Shown in pieces: positions 19,732-30,272 of a stretch of 64,000 bases of DNA (position 1 is the first letter of the stretch; each line of letters begins with the position of its first letter). The position numbers were made by a program, and so were the translations under genes. The DNA lies in assembly GCA_017984635.1 (NCBI GenBank), contig JAGNZC010000007.1, positions 6,102 through 70,101 of the forward strand, in the 5' to 3' direction. Below the pieces are notes generated by a model that was not told the DNA's origin, did not search any database, and saw only the letters and a list, made by a program, of their open reading frames with translations. Origin of the DNA: Crocinitomicaceae bacterium. Its GTDB lineage: Bacteria; Bacteroidota; Bacteroidia; Flavobacteriales_D; Crocinitomicaceae.

Positions 19732-21363
19732 ATGAAAAGAATAACCTATTTGAGCTTAATATTCATTTTATTTGCATTTAAAGGGACTGCTCAATCGAAT
19801 GGATTTGAAGTCATTAAAAACTTAGAATTATTAGACCAAATCTATCAGAATTTAGATCAATATTTTGTGGATGAACCTAAACCTGGCAATTTAGCAAAAG
19901 TTGGTATCGATGCAATGTTAAAAGAACTAGATCCTTATACTGTTTATTACCATGAAAACAATATAGAAGATTACCGTTTGATGACAACTGGTCAATATGG
20001 TGGAATTGGCTCACTTATTCGTTCTATTGATGGATTCACCTATATTGCAGAACCTTTTGAAAACAATCCAGCAGTAAAAGCAGGATTAAAAGCAGGAGAT
20101 AAAATTTTAAGTATTGATGGGAAATCAATGAAAGGATTGTCATCTGATGATGTTACTACCTATTTAAAAGGTCCAAAAGGAACTAAAATTGCGATTGAAA
20201 TTGACCGCCAAAATACTGGAAAACAAACTATTTCTGTTGAACGCGATGAAATTAAAATTCCAGACGTTCCCTATTTTGGATTATTGAAAAACAATGTTGG
20301 TTACATTAAATTATCAAGTTTCACAAACACTGCATCGGCAGAGGTTAAAAAAGCATTCTTAGCTTTAAAAACACAAGGAATGGATGCGTTAGTTCTAGAC
20401 TTACGAGGTAATGGCGGTGGATTATTAATTGAAGCGGTAAGAATTGTCAATTTCTTTGTTAAAAAAGATCAAGAGGTAGTAACAACTAAAGCGCGTGTAG
20501 CCGAAGAAAATAGAGTGTATAAAACAACTGAAAACCCAATTGATTTAGAGATTCCCTTGACAATATTAGTAGATGAAGGTTCTGCTTCAGCAAGTGAAAT
20601 CGTTGCTGGAAGTATTCAAGATTTAGATAGAGGAGTTGTAATCGGTCAAACATCATTTGGAAAAGGATTGGTGCAACGAACGTACGATTTAAAATATGGT
20701 TCAAAAATGAAATTAACCATTGCGAAATATTATACTCCTTCAGGAAGATGTGTTCAACGATTGGAATATTATGACAAATCAGACGGAACAAAACCTAAAG
20801 AAATTTCAGATTCATTGTTGAAAATATTTAAAACAAAAAATGGACGAGATGTTATTGATGGTCGTGGAATTGAACCAGATATTAAAGTGGAAGAAAAAGA
20901 AATGAGTCGATTAACGGCAACAATTTATGCCAACAATTTAGTATTCAATTATGCAACTACTTATGCCATGAATCATCCTGAAATTGCAAATGCAAAAACA
21001 TTTAGTTTAACGGATGAAGAATACACTTCATTTAAATCTTATGTTTTAAAAGAAACTTTTTCCTATTCTACTGCATCTGAAGAAATGCTTAAAAAGATGA
21101 AAGAAACAGCTGAAAAAGAAGGGTATTACAATGATTCTAAAGCTGAATATGAACTATTAATGGCGAAAGTTACTCCATCAAAAGAGCGAGATTTAGATAA
21201 ATTCAAAAAAGAAGTAAAAAGTTTATTAGAAAACGAAATTGTATCCCGCTATTATTATCAAACTGGACGAACTGAACATACGTTAAGTCAAGATGAATGC
21301 ATCGAAAAAGCAATTGAAACAGTAAAAAACAAAACAAGCTATAATACTATTTTAAAAAAATAA
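19732..21363 (+). CDS. S41 family C-terminal processing peptidase
   Basis: 543 aa with a signal peptide and a PDZ segment (GLKAGDKILSIDG). Catalytic region LRGNGGG ... GSASASEIVAGSIQD ... GQTSFGKG. Confidence 0.9.
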   Translation: MKRITYLSLIFILFAFKGTAQSNGFEVIKNLELLDQIYQNLDQYFVDEPKPGNLAKVGIDAMLKELDPYTVYYHENNIEDYRLMTTGQYGGIGSLIRSIDGFTYIAEPFENNPAVKAGLKAGDKILSIDGKSMKGLSSDDVTTYLKGPKGTKIAIEIDRQNTGKQTISVERDEIKIPDVPYFGLLKNNVGYIKLSSFTNTASAEVKKAFLALKTQGMDALVLDLRGNGGGLLIEAVRIVNFFVKKDQEVVTTKARVAEENRVYKTTENPIDLEIPLTILVDEGSASASEIVAGSIQDLDRGVVIGQTSFGKGLVQRTYDLKYGSKMKLTIAKYYTPSGRCVQRLEYYDKSDGTKPKEISDSLLKIFKTKNGRDVIDGRGIEPDIKVEEKEMSRLTATIYANNLVFNYATTYAMNHPEIANAKTFSLTDEEYTSFKSYVLKETFSYSTASEEMLKKMKETAEKEGYYNDSKAEYELLMAKVTPSKERDLDKFKKEVKSLLENEIVSRYYYQTGRTEHTLSQDECIEKAIETVKNKTSYNTILKK

Positions 21364-21391
21364 GCGTTAAAGCGTCAAACGATTACTCATT

Positions 21392-22942
21392 ATGTTTCAA
21401 AAGCTTGTTACACAACAAAGGCTTACTTCTATTCATTACTTAGGCACATTACTACTTGTTATCGGTATGCCTTCTAGTAAAGTATTGATGTCACTTGGAA
21501 CAATGGTTTTAGCCCTGGTATTTATACTTGGCTTTCAATTAAAAACAACGATTACATCCTTTCGCGCAAACAAACTGCTTGTTCCCCTACTCGCTTTTGT
21601 TTTTATTCACCTCATCAGTTTAGTTTGGACATCCAATTTCACCTATGCAGCAGATGATTTAAGAATCAAAGTTCCACTTTTACTATTGCCAATTTTTTAT
21701 ACTGTTCGACCTATTCAAAAAGCAAACATTCAAACCATTTTTTTAGGATTGTTTGTTTTAACGGTTGTAGCTATTTCGGGATATAATTTTCTTGCATACC
21801 AAGGAATTATTGGAAATTACACCTACATTGATTTCAGAGAAATGTCCTTATTTGGTTCGCATATTCGATTTGGTTTGATGGTGGCTTTTGCTGCAGGAAT
21901 CTGTTTAATTAGGTTTTATAAAACACGTTGGTCAATTATCGCAATTGTATTGTTCTGCTGGTTAAGTTATTATACCTATTACAGTCAAGTTGTTTCTGGT
22001 TTTATTGCTTGGCTTATTGTTGTTTTTAGTATTGGCTTTTATACTATTTACAAGAAATCTAAAACAACAGCATTTCTTAGTATTATTTTGTTGCTGATTA
22101 CAGTTATCAGTTTCAGTAGCTTTTTCGTTCTAAAATCAACACAGCTTTCACCTGCTAAAAAACAGTATTATCCCTCTCAAACTTCAAAAGGTAATCACTA
22201 TTTCCACGATACTTTATCTGAAAAAAACAAACATGGCGATCCTATAATGGTTAACATTTGTGAAGTCGAATTACGGGAAGAGTGGTCAAAAGTTTCCAAA
22301 ATCCCGTATGATGGACAAGATTTAAAACACCAATTTTTAAAAAATACCTTGATTCGATTCATGGATTCAAAAAATTTAAAAAAAGATGGTGAACATTTTA
22401 AGCAATTATCCAAAAGTGACATCAAAGCAATTGAAAAAGGGATTGCAGATGTTAATGATCAAAATATTGGATTACTATCTCGTTTAAATGGTCTCAATTA
22501 TCAATTAACCAATTCATCTGACCCCAACGGTCATTCTTTATTACAGCGGATTGAATACTGGAAAACTGCGATTCAAATCATTCAAAACAATTGGTTAATA
22601 GGGGTTGGTGTTGGAGATGTACAAAATGCCTTTGATGAACACTACAAAATTAATCACACACTTCTTACAAAGAACAATCAACTAAGAGCGCATAATTCAT
22701 ATTTAACAAGTTGGATAAGTTTTGGCTTACTAGGAATCGGGCTTTTTTGTTGGATGATTATTTATTTTATACACTATTTTAAGCTAGAAAAACAAGTGCT
22801 ACCCATACTATTTATGCTAATATTAATGGCTTCATTTTTACTTGAAGACACTTTAGAAACACAAATGGGAGTTACGTTCTTTGCCTTTTTTTATAGTTTC
22901 TTTTTCAAAAAAGAACCGACAACTATTTCCCTTCTTTCTTAA
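21392..22942 (+). CDS. O-antigen ligase (Wzy_C)-like polytopic membrane protein
   Basis: 516 aa with at least 10 TM helices and one large loop. RAHNSYLTSWISFGLLGIGLF resembles the O-antigen ligase motif. Confidence 0.7.
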   Translation: MFQKLVTQQRLTSIHYLGTLLLVIGMPSSKVLMSLGTMVLALVFILGFQLKTTITSFRANKLLVPLLAFVFIHLISLVWTSNFTYAADDLRIKVPLLLLPIFYTVRPIQKANIQTIFLGLFVLTVVAISGYNFLAYQGIIGNYTYIDFREMSLFGSHIRFGLMVAFAAGICLIRFYKTRWSIIAIVLFCWLSYYTYYSQVVSGFIAWLIVVFSIGFYTIYKKSKTTAFLSIILLLITVISFSSFFVLKSTQLSPAKKQYYPSQTSKGNHYFHDTLSEKNKHGDPIMVNICEVELREEWSKVSKIPYDGQDLKHQFLKNTLIRFMDSKNLKKDGEHFKQLSKSDIKAIEKGIADVNDQNIGLLSRLNGLNYQLTNSSDPNGHSLLQRIEYWKTAIQIIQNNWLIGVGVGDVQNAFDEHYKINHTLLTKNNQLRAHNSYLTSWISFGLLGIGLFCWMIIYFIHYFKLEKQVLPILFMLILMASFLLEDTLETQMGVTFFAFFYSFFFKKEPTTISLLS

Positions 22943-25097
22943 AGATATTCCCAACTTCTTTTCCGATTTTCTGGAAAGCTTCTACTCCTTTTGAAATGGC
23001 ACTTGAATCGAAATCGTCGTAACTGCCATAAATATTCTCTACCGTATTTTGAGATGGATAAATCAATAAGGTGTCATTTTCAGGATAACCTCTTTCAAAT
23101 TTGGTTGGGAAAGCATCTACACCCACTTGGTAGGAAATTGAACCTTTTCGAGCAGCGCAAAACACAAATAAATCATCCGCTGATTTTCTTCCATTTAATA
23201 AAAAGAAATCATCTAATTCTTCAATGATAAAGAAATTGCATTTTACATTGATTTTATTAACCTCTCCAACTCTTAACCATTTTTCAAATGTTGCTTCAGA
23301 AGCATACAAATCAATCGGGCAATTTAATTCCTTTGAAAAACGCAAGATACGTTCGACCCATAAATTAAAACTTGATTCCAATTCAGCTAGTAATGGACAA
23401 ACGACTAAAATTCGATTATAAGAAACAAAAGGCTTTTCAAATTGGCAAAAGAAAATTGTTTTATCACAAACATCTAAAAGATGTTCTCGATCATCACCAA
23501 CAACTCTTTTCAATAAATTCATCGTACGGCTATCATTGATTACAACAATGTCTGTTACCAATTCTTTTGAAACACGAGCGATTCCAGAAGACAAATTATA
23601 ATCGATGGTTGCAATGGTGTTGATTTTCGATTCATGTCCAGAAAAATGTTTTACTATTTCTTCCAAAGATTTCCTTGATTTCCGAATCATTCGTTCTGCA
23701 TATTCATTGTTAGGATATACACTTACAACAGAAATTGGATTGATTACTTTAGGGTCTGAGACCAATAAAGAAAAATCAATTAATGCTTCATTACCAGCTA
23801 ATTCATTCATTGAAACCATTAAGTGCTTATTTCTTAAACGTGTTTCATTCGATTCTTCTGGTTCGTTTTCAGCTAATTCAATTAACAATTTTTTCCCTGC
23901 ATTTTCCGTAACAAACGATGCTGTCATACATGTGAACAGGATTAAAAGGATTGTTCCATTCACAATGTTGATGTCTAAAATCCCATTTCCATCATTGTAT
24001 CCAACCATAATAATTGCCAAGGTTGCAGCAGCATGAGATGTGCTCAATCCGAAAATTATTTGGCGTTCTGTACCCGTCATTTTATAAATTAACTGAGTAA
24101 AATATGCTGCTAACCATTTACTAATAATCGCGAAAGTAGTTAATACACCTGCAATAATTAAAGGCCAAGTCCCATTGAAAAACACTTTATAATCGACAAC
24201 CATACCTACGAAAATCAAAAAGAATGGAATGAATAAAGAATTTCCTATAAATTCAATTCGATTCATTAAAATTGAATTGTGAGGTATCAAGCGATTTAAC
24301 ACTAAACCTGCAACGAAAGCACCAATAATATGCTCTACACCCGCTACTTCGGCTAAAAAGGCAGAGAAAAAAACAATGGAAAGAACAAAAATATATTGAG
24401 ATGTCTTTTCACTATCCAACTTACTAAAAAACCATTTCGCAACTCTTGGAATTAAGAAAAACATGATTAAAGAAAACAACGTTAGTGAAGTGATGAGTCG
24501 CAACCAAAATGCGCCATCTAAATTTCCTTCTGTTGAACTAGAAATAATCGCTAATAATATCAAGACCGCAGAATCGGTTAAAATGGTTCCTCCAACTGTT
24601 ATTGCAACCGTTTTGTTTTTTGTTAACCCATATTTACTAATGATCGGATATGCTACTAATGTATGGGTTGCAAACATACTTGCGGTTAACCAACTTGCAG
24701 TTTGTGACAAACCTAAACCATAATAGCACAAAGGAAAACCTAAGGTAATCGGAACGAAAAATGTCAATGCTCCAAAGGCGATACTTTTTTTGCGGTATTT
24801 TTTGAATTCGTTTAAATCCAATTCTAAACCGGCCATAAACATAATATAGAGCAGACCAATTGTAGAGAAAAGCTTGATAGAGCCTTCAGACTCCATTGTT
24901 TTTGCGCCAATTAAACCTAAACCATGAGGGCCAATTATAACGCCTGAAATAATCAATCCGATGATTGCTGGAATCTTTACTTTACGTAATACAATCGGTG
25001 ATAAAAGTATGATGAATAACAACAAAGAAAAAACTAATACTGGGTTTTTCAATGGTAAATGAAAAGCCTCTATCAAATGGGCAAAGAAATAATTCAT
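22923..25097 (-). CDS. cation:proton antiporter with long cytoplasmic C-terminal domain
   Basis: 724 aa. A Na+/H+-exchanger-type TM domain of about 400 aa is followed by a soluble C-terminal region of about 300 aa whose type is unclear. Confidence 0.85.
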   Translation of the reverse strand: MNYFFAHLIEAFHLPLKNPVLVFSLLLFIILLSPIVLRKVKIPAIIGLIISGVIIGPHGLGLIGAKTMESEGSIKLFSTIGLLYIMFMAGLELDLNEFKKYRKKSIAFGALTFFVPITLGFPLCYYGLGLSQTASWLTASMFATHTLVAYPIISKYGLTKNKTVAITVGGTILTDSAVLILLAIISSSTEGNLDGAFWLRLITSLTLFSLIMFFLIPRVAKWFFSKLDSEKTSQYIFVLSIVFFSAFLAEVAGVEHIIGAFVAGLVLNRLIPHNSILMNRIEFIGNSLFIPFFLIFVGMVVDYKVFFNGTWPLIIAGVLTTFAIISKWLAAYFTQLIYKMTGTERQIIFGLSTSHAAATLAIIMVGYNDGNGILDINIVNGTILLILFTCMTASFVTENAGKKLLIELAENEPEESNETRLRNKHLMVSMNELAGNEALIDFSLLVSDPKVINPISVVSVYPNNEYAERMIRKSRKSLEEIVKHFSGHESKINTIATIDYNLSSGIARVSKELVTDIVVINDSRTMNLLKRVVGDDREHLLDVCDKTIFFCQFEKPFVSYNRILVVCPLLAELESSFNLWVERILRFSKELNCPIDLYASEATFEKWLRVGEVNKINVKCNFFIIEELDDFFLLNGRKSADDLFVFCAARKGSISYQVGVDAFPTKFERGYPENDTLLIYPSQNTVENIYGSYDDFDSSAISKGVEAFQKIGKEVGNIFKKEGK

Positions 25098-25215
25098 AAA
25101 AAACCTAGTATTAGATGATAGACAAAGATAAAGTTATTTTGAAATCAAACTCATTTCTTCCTGTTATTATTGTGTAAACTAAAGAGATGAAACACATTCT
25201 GTAAACAATTTAACT

Positions 25216-25223
25216 TATCTTTG
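25216..25223 (+). promoter_or_regulatory. candidate -7 promoter box (TATCTTTG) for mgtE
   Basis: Matches TAnnTTTG, 14 nt upstream of the ATG at 25238. Confidence 0.4.
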
Positions 25224-25237
25224 TAAAAAAACATTCC

Positions 25238-26590
25238 ATGCGTTTTGAACTAACAAGAGAATTTCTGTCTATCCTTCGTACAAAAATTGCGGAGTCAGAT
25301 CTTGATTGGATCAAAGAGCACTTGTTAGAACTCCATTTCGCAGATATTGCAGAAATTCTAGACAAATTAACCAGTGAGGAAGCAAAATACATCTATTTTG
25401 AGATGGATGAAGACTTGCAGGCTGACGTGTTAATGGAATTAGAAGAAGAGGTAAGAGATCGCTTTTTGGCATCTTTATCATCTAAAGAAATTGCAGACCA
25501 GTTAGAAAATCTAGATTCGGATGATGCAGCAGATATTTTAGGTGAATTATCGGATGAAAAAATTCAAGAAGTCATTTCTCAAATGGAGGATGATGAAGCA
25601 GCTGAAGACATTGTAGACCTTTTAAATTACGATGAAGACACAGCTGGTGGATTGATGCAAAAAGAATTTATTCAAGCTCGTGTTGATTGGCCTGTGAATC
25701 GTTGTTTGGTAGAACTTCGAAGACAAGCAGAAGATGTTGAAAAGGTTTATACTATCTATGTCGTTGACAAGTTAAATAAATTGGTTGGGGTTTTATCGTT
25801 AAAACGATTGCTTTTTGCAAGCCCAAAAACTATCATCAGTGATCTTTACCAAGGGAAAAACATCATCTATGTTAAAACCTCTGACAGCAGTGAAGACGTT
25901 GTTAAGGTGATGGAAAAATACGATTTGGTTTCTGTTCCTGTGGTTGATTTACAAAATAAATTAGTTGGACGAATTACTTTAGATGATGTTGTAGATGTCA
26001 TCAAAGAAGAAGCCGACAAAGATTTCCAGTTAGCATCAGGTATCTCCGAACGTATTGAATCTACTTTTAGTGTTTGGCGTATTACAAAAGCGCGTATTCC
26101 TTGGTTATTTATTGCGATGTTGGGCGGCACATTAGGAGCTCAAGTGATTGCTCAGTTTCAAGGAGGAATTACAAAAGTTCCCGCTTTAGCTTTCTTTATT
26201 CCATTGATTACGGCGATGGGTGGAAATGTGGGTGTACAATCTTCTGCTATTGTAGTGCAATCCCTGGCAAAAGGTTCCGATCAATTCGGAAGTATTCTTC
26301 AAAAACTAGGAAAAGAAGCGTTGGTTGCGTTGGTTAATGGGATTTTACTTTCTGCTATCATTTATGGAATTGCCTTTTACTTTGAAAATGGAACATTAGG
26401 TTTAGTGGTTAGTATTTCATTGTTTACGGTGATTATTTTTGCAGCTTTATTCGGAACATTAATACCGCTTGTGTTAAATCATTATAAAATTGACCCAGCT
26501 CTGGCAACAGGACCATTTGTAACAACCTTAAACGATATCGTAGGTTTATTTATCTACTTTACTGTTGGGATGTTATTGTATAAGATGTAA
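25238..26590 (+). CDS. mgtE: magnesium transporter MgtE
   Basis: 450 aa. Acidic N-domain, tandem CBS pair, and a 5-TM channel domain with GGNVGVQSS. Confidence 0.95.
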   Translation: MRFELTREFLSILRTKIAESDLDWIKEHLLELHFADIAEILDKLTSEEAKYIYFEMDEDLQADVLMELEEEVRDRFLASLSSKEIADQLENLDSDDAADILGELSDEKIQEVISQMEDDEAAEDIVDLLNYDEDTAGGLMQKEFIQARVDWPVNRCLVELRRQAEDVEKVYTIYVVDKLNKLVGVLSLKRLLFASPKTIISDLYQGKNIIYVKTSDSSEDVVKVMEKYDLVSVPVVDLQNKLVGRITLDDVVDVIKEEADKDFQLASGISERIESTFSVWRITKARIPWLFIAMLGGTLGAQVIAQFQGGITKVPALAFFIPLITAMGGNVGVQSSAIVVQSLAKGSDQFGSILQKLGKEALVALVNGILLSAIIYGIAFYFENGTLGLVVSISLFTVIIFAALFGTLIPLVLNHYKIDPALATGPFVTTLNDIVGLFIYFTVGMLLYKM

Positions 26591-26600
26591 ATTCATCCGT

Positions 26601-27551
26601 ATGCAAAAAACGATCTTATTCATCGATGAAGTTCATGCTATTTTAGAAGAACGCTTAACAAAAGCAGGTTTCTTATGCATTGACGCTACTCATTTTGACA
26701 AACAACAATGTATTGATGCTTTGAGTAATGCAGAAGGCATTGTTATTCGAGCACGTTTTACGTTGGATGAAGAAATTTTACAATTTGCTCCACTATTAAA
26801 ATTCATTGCTCGTTCTGGCGCTGGAATGGAGAACATCGATACGCATTATTGCTCAAAAAGAGGAATTACATTGTTCAATGCACCTGAAGGTAATCGAAAT
26901 GCAGTTGGTGAACATGCATTAGGAATGATTCTAAATTTACTCAACAAAATCAATAAAGCAGATCAAGAAGTTCGAGCTGGAATTTGGGACAGGGAAGGAA
27001 ATCGAGGAGTTGAATTAGACGGGAAAACAGTTGGAATCATTGGGTATGGAAACAACGGAAAAGCTTTTGCTCAAAAATTAAAGGGTTTTGATGTTAAACT
27101 AATGGCATACGATAAATACAAGAAAAATTTTGGGGACCATTTTGTTATGGAATGTACTTTAAATGCCTTGTTAAAAAATGCAGATATTATCAGTTTTCAC
27201 ATCCCACAAAATAAAGAAACCTTATTCATGGGGAATGCGCAATTGTTTAACCGCATTCAAAAGCCATTTTATTTGTTAAATCTATCTAGAGGCAAAATTG
27301 TTGATACAGCTAGTTTAGTCGACGGATTAAAAACAGGAAAAATATTGGGCGCAGGCTTAGACGTGTTGGAATATGAAAAAACAAGCTTTGAAGCGTTTTT
27401 TGAACAAGAAATTCCAGCAGATTTTGCGTACTTATTACAAGCAAAAAATGTGATACTTACGCCACATGTTGGTGGCTGGACAACAGAAAGTTACTATAAG
27501 TTAAGTGCTGTTTTAGCGGATAAAATCCTTGATTATTATCAATTAGCTTAA
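26601..27551 (+). CDS. D-isomer-specific 2-hydroxyacid dehydrogenase family protein
   Basis: ATG at 26601; the ORF-track TTG at 26565 overlaps mgtE. NAD-binding GIIGYGNNGKAF, and LNLSRG ... TPHVGG typical of SerA/PdxB-like dehydrogenases. Confidence 0.85.
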   Translation: MQKTILFIDEVHAILEERLTKAGFLCIDATHFDKQQCIDALSNAEGIVIRARFTLDEEILQFAPLLKFIARSGAGMENIDTHYCSKRGITLFNAPEGNRNAVGEHALGMILNLLNKINKADQEVRAGIWDREGNRGVELDGKTVGIIGYGNNGKAFAQKLKGFDVKLMAYDKYKKNFGDHFVMECTLNALLKNADIISFHIPQNKETLFMGNAQLFNRIQKPFYLLNLSRGKIVDTASLVDGLKTGKILGAGLDVLEYEKTSFEAFFEQEIPADFAYLLQAKNVILTPHVGGWTTESYYKLSAVLADKILDYYQLA

Positions 27552-28396
27552 GAAACGCGTAATAAATTTCCAAAGAATAATTCTTTACCTGAAGAAGATT
27601 TCATCCACAATTCTTTCACTGAAACATTTTTTGTTGGAAAATACATTTCAGCTAAGGAAGTGATCATAGGGATGTCAAGTGTTGGAGAATAGGTATTCAT
27701 AATTAAAAAACCATCTTCTGTCATCAATGCAGCAGCTGTTGCCATCAACTCGTCAATTTTTTCTTCTAACTTCCACTTTTCACCTTTCGCTCCAATTCCC
27801 CAAGCAGGAGGATCCATGATGATTCCTTTGTACTGATTGCCTCTTTTTTGTTCACGTAATGCAAATTTCAACGCATCTTCTAGTACCCATTTCACATTCA
27901 TCAAACGACTTTCTTCCATGTTGGAACGCGCCCAAGAAATCAATTGTTTCACCGAATCAACGTGGTATGTTTCTGCACCGGTATAGCGTGCAACACAAGA
28001 CGCTGCGCCTGTATAGGCAAAAAGATTCAAGAATTTATCATCGGCAGTTAAATGGCTTTTGATATAATCCCAATTAACGCGTTGTTCTGGAAACAACCCA
28101 ATATGTTTGAATTTTGTTAATTCAAGGTTGAATTTCAGTTTTTCAAAAGAAATTTGCCAATCTTTTTTAAGGTTTTTCTTCAATGGCTTCCAAGAACCAC
28201 TGTGAGATCCACGAGCAACAAATTCCCAATCAGCAATTTGTTCCCATTCTTTAAACGATTTTTCAGTTTTGAAATACGCTTGAACTTCAGGACGAATAGT
28301 AATAACACTCCCCCATCGCTCCAATTTTTTTCCGCCTCCAGCATCAATTAATTCATAATCAGTCCAGGGTTTAGCGTAAATTCGTTCGTCTGACAT
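27548..28396 (-). CDS. class I SAM-dependent methyltransferase (RlmI/RlmK-like catalytic domain)
   Basis: 282 aa. SAM-binding LNLFAYTGAASC and the IIMDPPAWG motif. Confidence 0.8.
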   Translation of the reverse strand: MSDERIYAKPWTDYELIDAGGGKKLERWGSVITIRPEVQAYFKTEKSFKEWEQIADWEFVARGSHSGSWKPLKKNLKKDWQISFEKLKFNLELTKFKHIGLFPEQRVNWDYIKSHLTADDKFLNLFAYTGAASCVARYTGAETYHVDSVKQLISWARSNMEESRLMNVKWVLEDALKFALREQKRGNQYKGIIMDPPAWGIGAKGEKWKLEEKIDELMATAAALMTEDGFLIMNTYSPTLDIPMITSLAEMYFPTKNVSVKELWMKSSSGKELFFGNLLRVS

Positions 28397-28397
28397 T

Positions 28398-28979
28398 TTA
28401 TTTTGCTCTCGGTGTTTTTTGACGTCCGCCCATCATTTGAGCCATACGCATTTGATTTTTAGATGGTGTAGCCTTCATTTGACCTTGCATCAATTTAATT
28501 TGATCTTTCATCATTCCTGATGTGTCCATTTTTTTTGCTTCAGCTAATAATTTTTCAGCTTCTGTTTTGCGTCCAGTTTGCGCACAGATACCTGCTAAAT
28601 GCATTCGTGCAACTGCATTGTCTTGTCCAGTTCTCAATCCAAGTGTCAATGCTTTTCTTAAAAACTGCTCAGATTTCGCAAAACCAAATTCTTGTGTATT
28701 CATCACTGCTTGTAAAAACAATACGTACGCATGTTGTTTTTTAGGCAACAAATTTGGATGTGAAATCTTATTAATATACATTTTTGCCTTATCTGTATTT
28801 CCCAAACGCATTTGGTTCAAAGCTAAAATCATGTTTTCGTTTCTAAAAAATGATAAAATCACTAGCGCTGTAACAAATAAGAAGGTGATTCCCCATCCCC
28901 AATGTCCATCAACAAATAAATACGCATTAAAAAACAAAGTCAAAGCTGCTACTGCACAGCGAATAATAAATCGTGTCAT
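28398..28979 (-). CDS. membrane-anchored TPR-like hypothetical protein
   Basis: 193 aa. Two N-terminal TM helices, a helical-repeat middle and an M/Q/K-rich tail. Tightly packed between ridA and the methyltransferase gene, with 1-7 nt spacers. Confidence 0.55.
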   Translation of the reverse strand: MTRFIIRCAVAALTLFFNAYLFVDGHWGWGITFLFVTALVILSFFRNENMILALNQMRLGNTDKAKMYINKISHPNLLPKKQHAYVLFLQAVMNTQEFGFAKSEQFLRKALTLGLRTGQDNAVARMHLAGICAQTGRKTEAEKLLAEAKKMDTSGMMKDQIKLMQGQMKATPSKNQMRMAQMMGGRQKTPRAK

Positions 28980-28986
28980 AGTTAAA

Positions 28987-29418
28987 TTATAAAGTTGCGA
29001 TACATTTTAATTCAATAGCTATCGGCGTTGGAAGAGAATTGATTTCAACCGTAGTTCGACAAGGCAAGTTATCTTTGAAATACTCAGCATAAACACGGTT
29101 GTAAACATGAAAATCTCTTTTCATATTAACTAAGAAAACTGTTACGTCAACTAATTTATCCCAGCTTGATCCAGACTCTTCCAAAATTACACGCACATTG
29201 TCAAAGACACTTCTGCATTGTGCTTCAAAATCAAATTCAATGAAATTTCCATTTTTATCCAATTTTAATCCAGGAACTTCAGAGTCTGTAGCATCTGAAC
29301 CTGCAACACGAGGTCCAACACCAGATAAAAACAATAAATCACCAACTTTACGAGCGTGTGGATAAAGTCCAACTGGCTTTGGTGCTTTTGAAGTAGAAAT
29401 ACGATCTTCGTTTGCCAT
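28987..29418 (-). CDS. RidA (YjgF/UK114) family protein
   Basis: 143 aa. The pattern LFLSGVGP ... VDVTVFLVNMKRDF..YN.VY..YF ... PCRTTVEI fits the family. Confidence 0.85.
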   Translation of the reverse strand: MANEDRISTSKAPKPVGLYPHARKVGDLLFLSGVGPRVAGSDATDSEVPGLKLDKNGNFIEFDFEAQCRSVFDNVRVILEESGSSWDKLVDVTVFLVNMKRDFHVYNRVYAEYFKDNLPCRTTVEINSLPTPIAIELKCIATL

Positions 29419-29518
29419 AAACTATTTTTTGCAAAGATAATAGTTTTAACTGATTCTATAGAATGTTCATTCAAGTATAATTTCAACTTTGGCAGTGTAT
29501 TTGTTTACAAGAAATCCG

Positions 29519-29526
29519 TAAATTTG
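29519..29526 (+). promoter_or_regulatory. candidate -7 promoter box (TAAATTTG)
   Basis: Matches TAnnTTTG and ends 4 nt before the ATG at 29531. Confidence 0.4.
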
Positions 29527-29530
29527 TTTT

Positions 29531-30211
29531 ATGAAGAAACACTTAGTCTTTTTTGGGATATTTTTATTAGGGATTTTATCATCTTGCATAGAAATTACGG
29601 ATGATATTACGTTGAATGCAGATGGAAGTGGTTTGTTTAAATATGTGATCAACTTAAGTGAAAGTAAAGTAAAAGTAAATTCAATCTTAGCTTTGGATAG
29701 TATTGAAGGTAAAAAAGTGCCTACACTTTCAGAAATTGAAGCAAAAATTGGTGAATTTAAAAAAACATTAGCAACAAAACAAGGTATTTCAAATGTTAAA
29801 ATAGAGTCTGATTTTACCAACTTTATCTTTAAATTAAGTTGTAATTTCTCCAGTGTCAACACCTTGCAAACTGCAGTAAAAGAAGTGATAAAAGAAATTT
29901 CTAATGAGAAAAATAGTGCTGAACTAGAAGCAGTTTGGTTAAAATGGGATGGACAAAAATTAGAGCGTTCTATTCCAGATCTTACGATTAAAAAAACGAA
30001 AGAATTGAAAACAGAAGATATTGAACAATTGAAAAAAGGGAAATACACTTCTATTAGTCGCTTTTCGAAACCTATTGAAAAATGTATGAATCCATCGAGT
30101 GTAATTTCTAAAAATAAATTAGCTGCAATGTTGCAAACGAACATCTACAGTTTGACAAAAAATCCTAAATTATTAGAAAATACCATCTATCTTATTCCAA
30201 ACAAGAATTAG
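29531..30211 (+). CDS. hypothetical lipoprotein, 226 aa
   Basis: Lipoprotein signal MKKHLVFFGIFLLGILSSC, with a K/E-rich mature part. No family recognised. Confidence 0.6.
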   Translation: MKKHLVFFGIFLLGILSSCIEITDDITLNADGSGLFKYVINLSESKVKVNSILALDSIEGKKVPTLSEIEAKIGEFKKTLATKQGISNVKIESDFTNFIFKLSCNFSSVNTLQTAVKEVIKEISNEKNSAELEAVWLKWDGQKLERSIPDLTIKKTKELKTEDIEQLKKGKYTSISRFSKPIEKCMNPSSVISKNKLAAMLQTNIYSLTKNPKLLENTIYLIPNKN

Positions 30212-30272
30212 AACTGTATTTATTTGTAATTTCGTGGAAGAATTTTAGTATAAATTGACTCAACGCTCAACC

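Noticed and set aside
22923-22942. 20-nt convergent overlap between the O-antigen-ligase-like gene and the antiporter gene as a regulatory feature
   Set aside because: Short 3'-3' overlaps are common in compact genomes. No hairpin or other signal was seen there.
25098-25237. Magnesium (M-box) riboswitch upstream of mgtE
   Set aside because: The candidate -7 box is only 14 nt from the ATG. That leaves no room for a structured leader, and no M-box-like conserved helices were seen.
28522-28992. 156-aa plus-strand ORF antisense to 28398-28979
   Set aside because: The minus-strand frame is tightly packed with the ridA and methyltransferase genes and has TM and helical-repeat features. The plus-strand frame is low-complexity and crosses the ridA stop.
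29467-30144. 225-aa minus-strand ORF antisense to the 226-aa lipoprotein gene
   Set aside because: Its F/S/I-rich composition is the mirror of a K/E-rich gene. The plus-strand frame has a lipoprotein signal peptide and a -7 box 4 nt upstream, and the minus-strand frame has neither.
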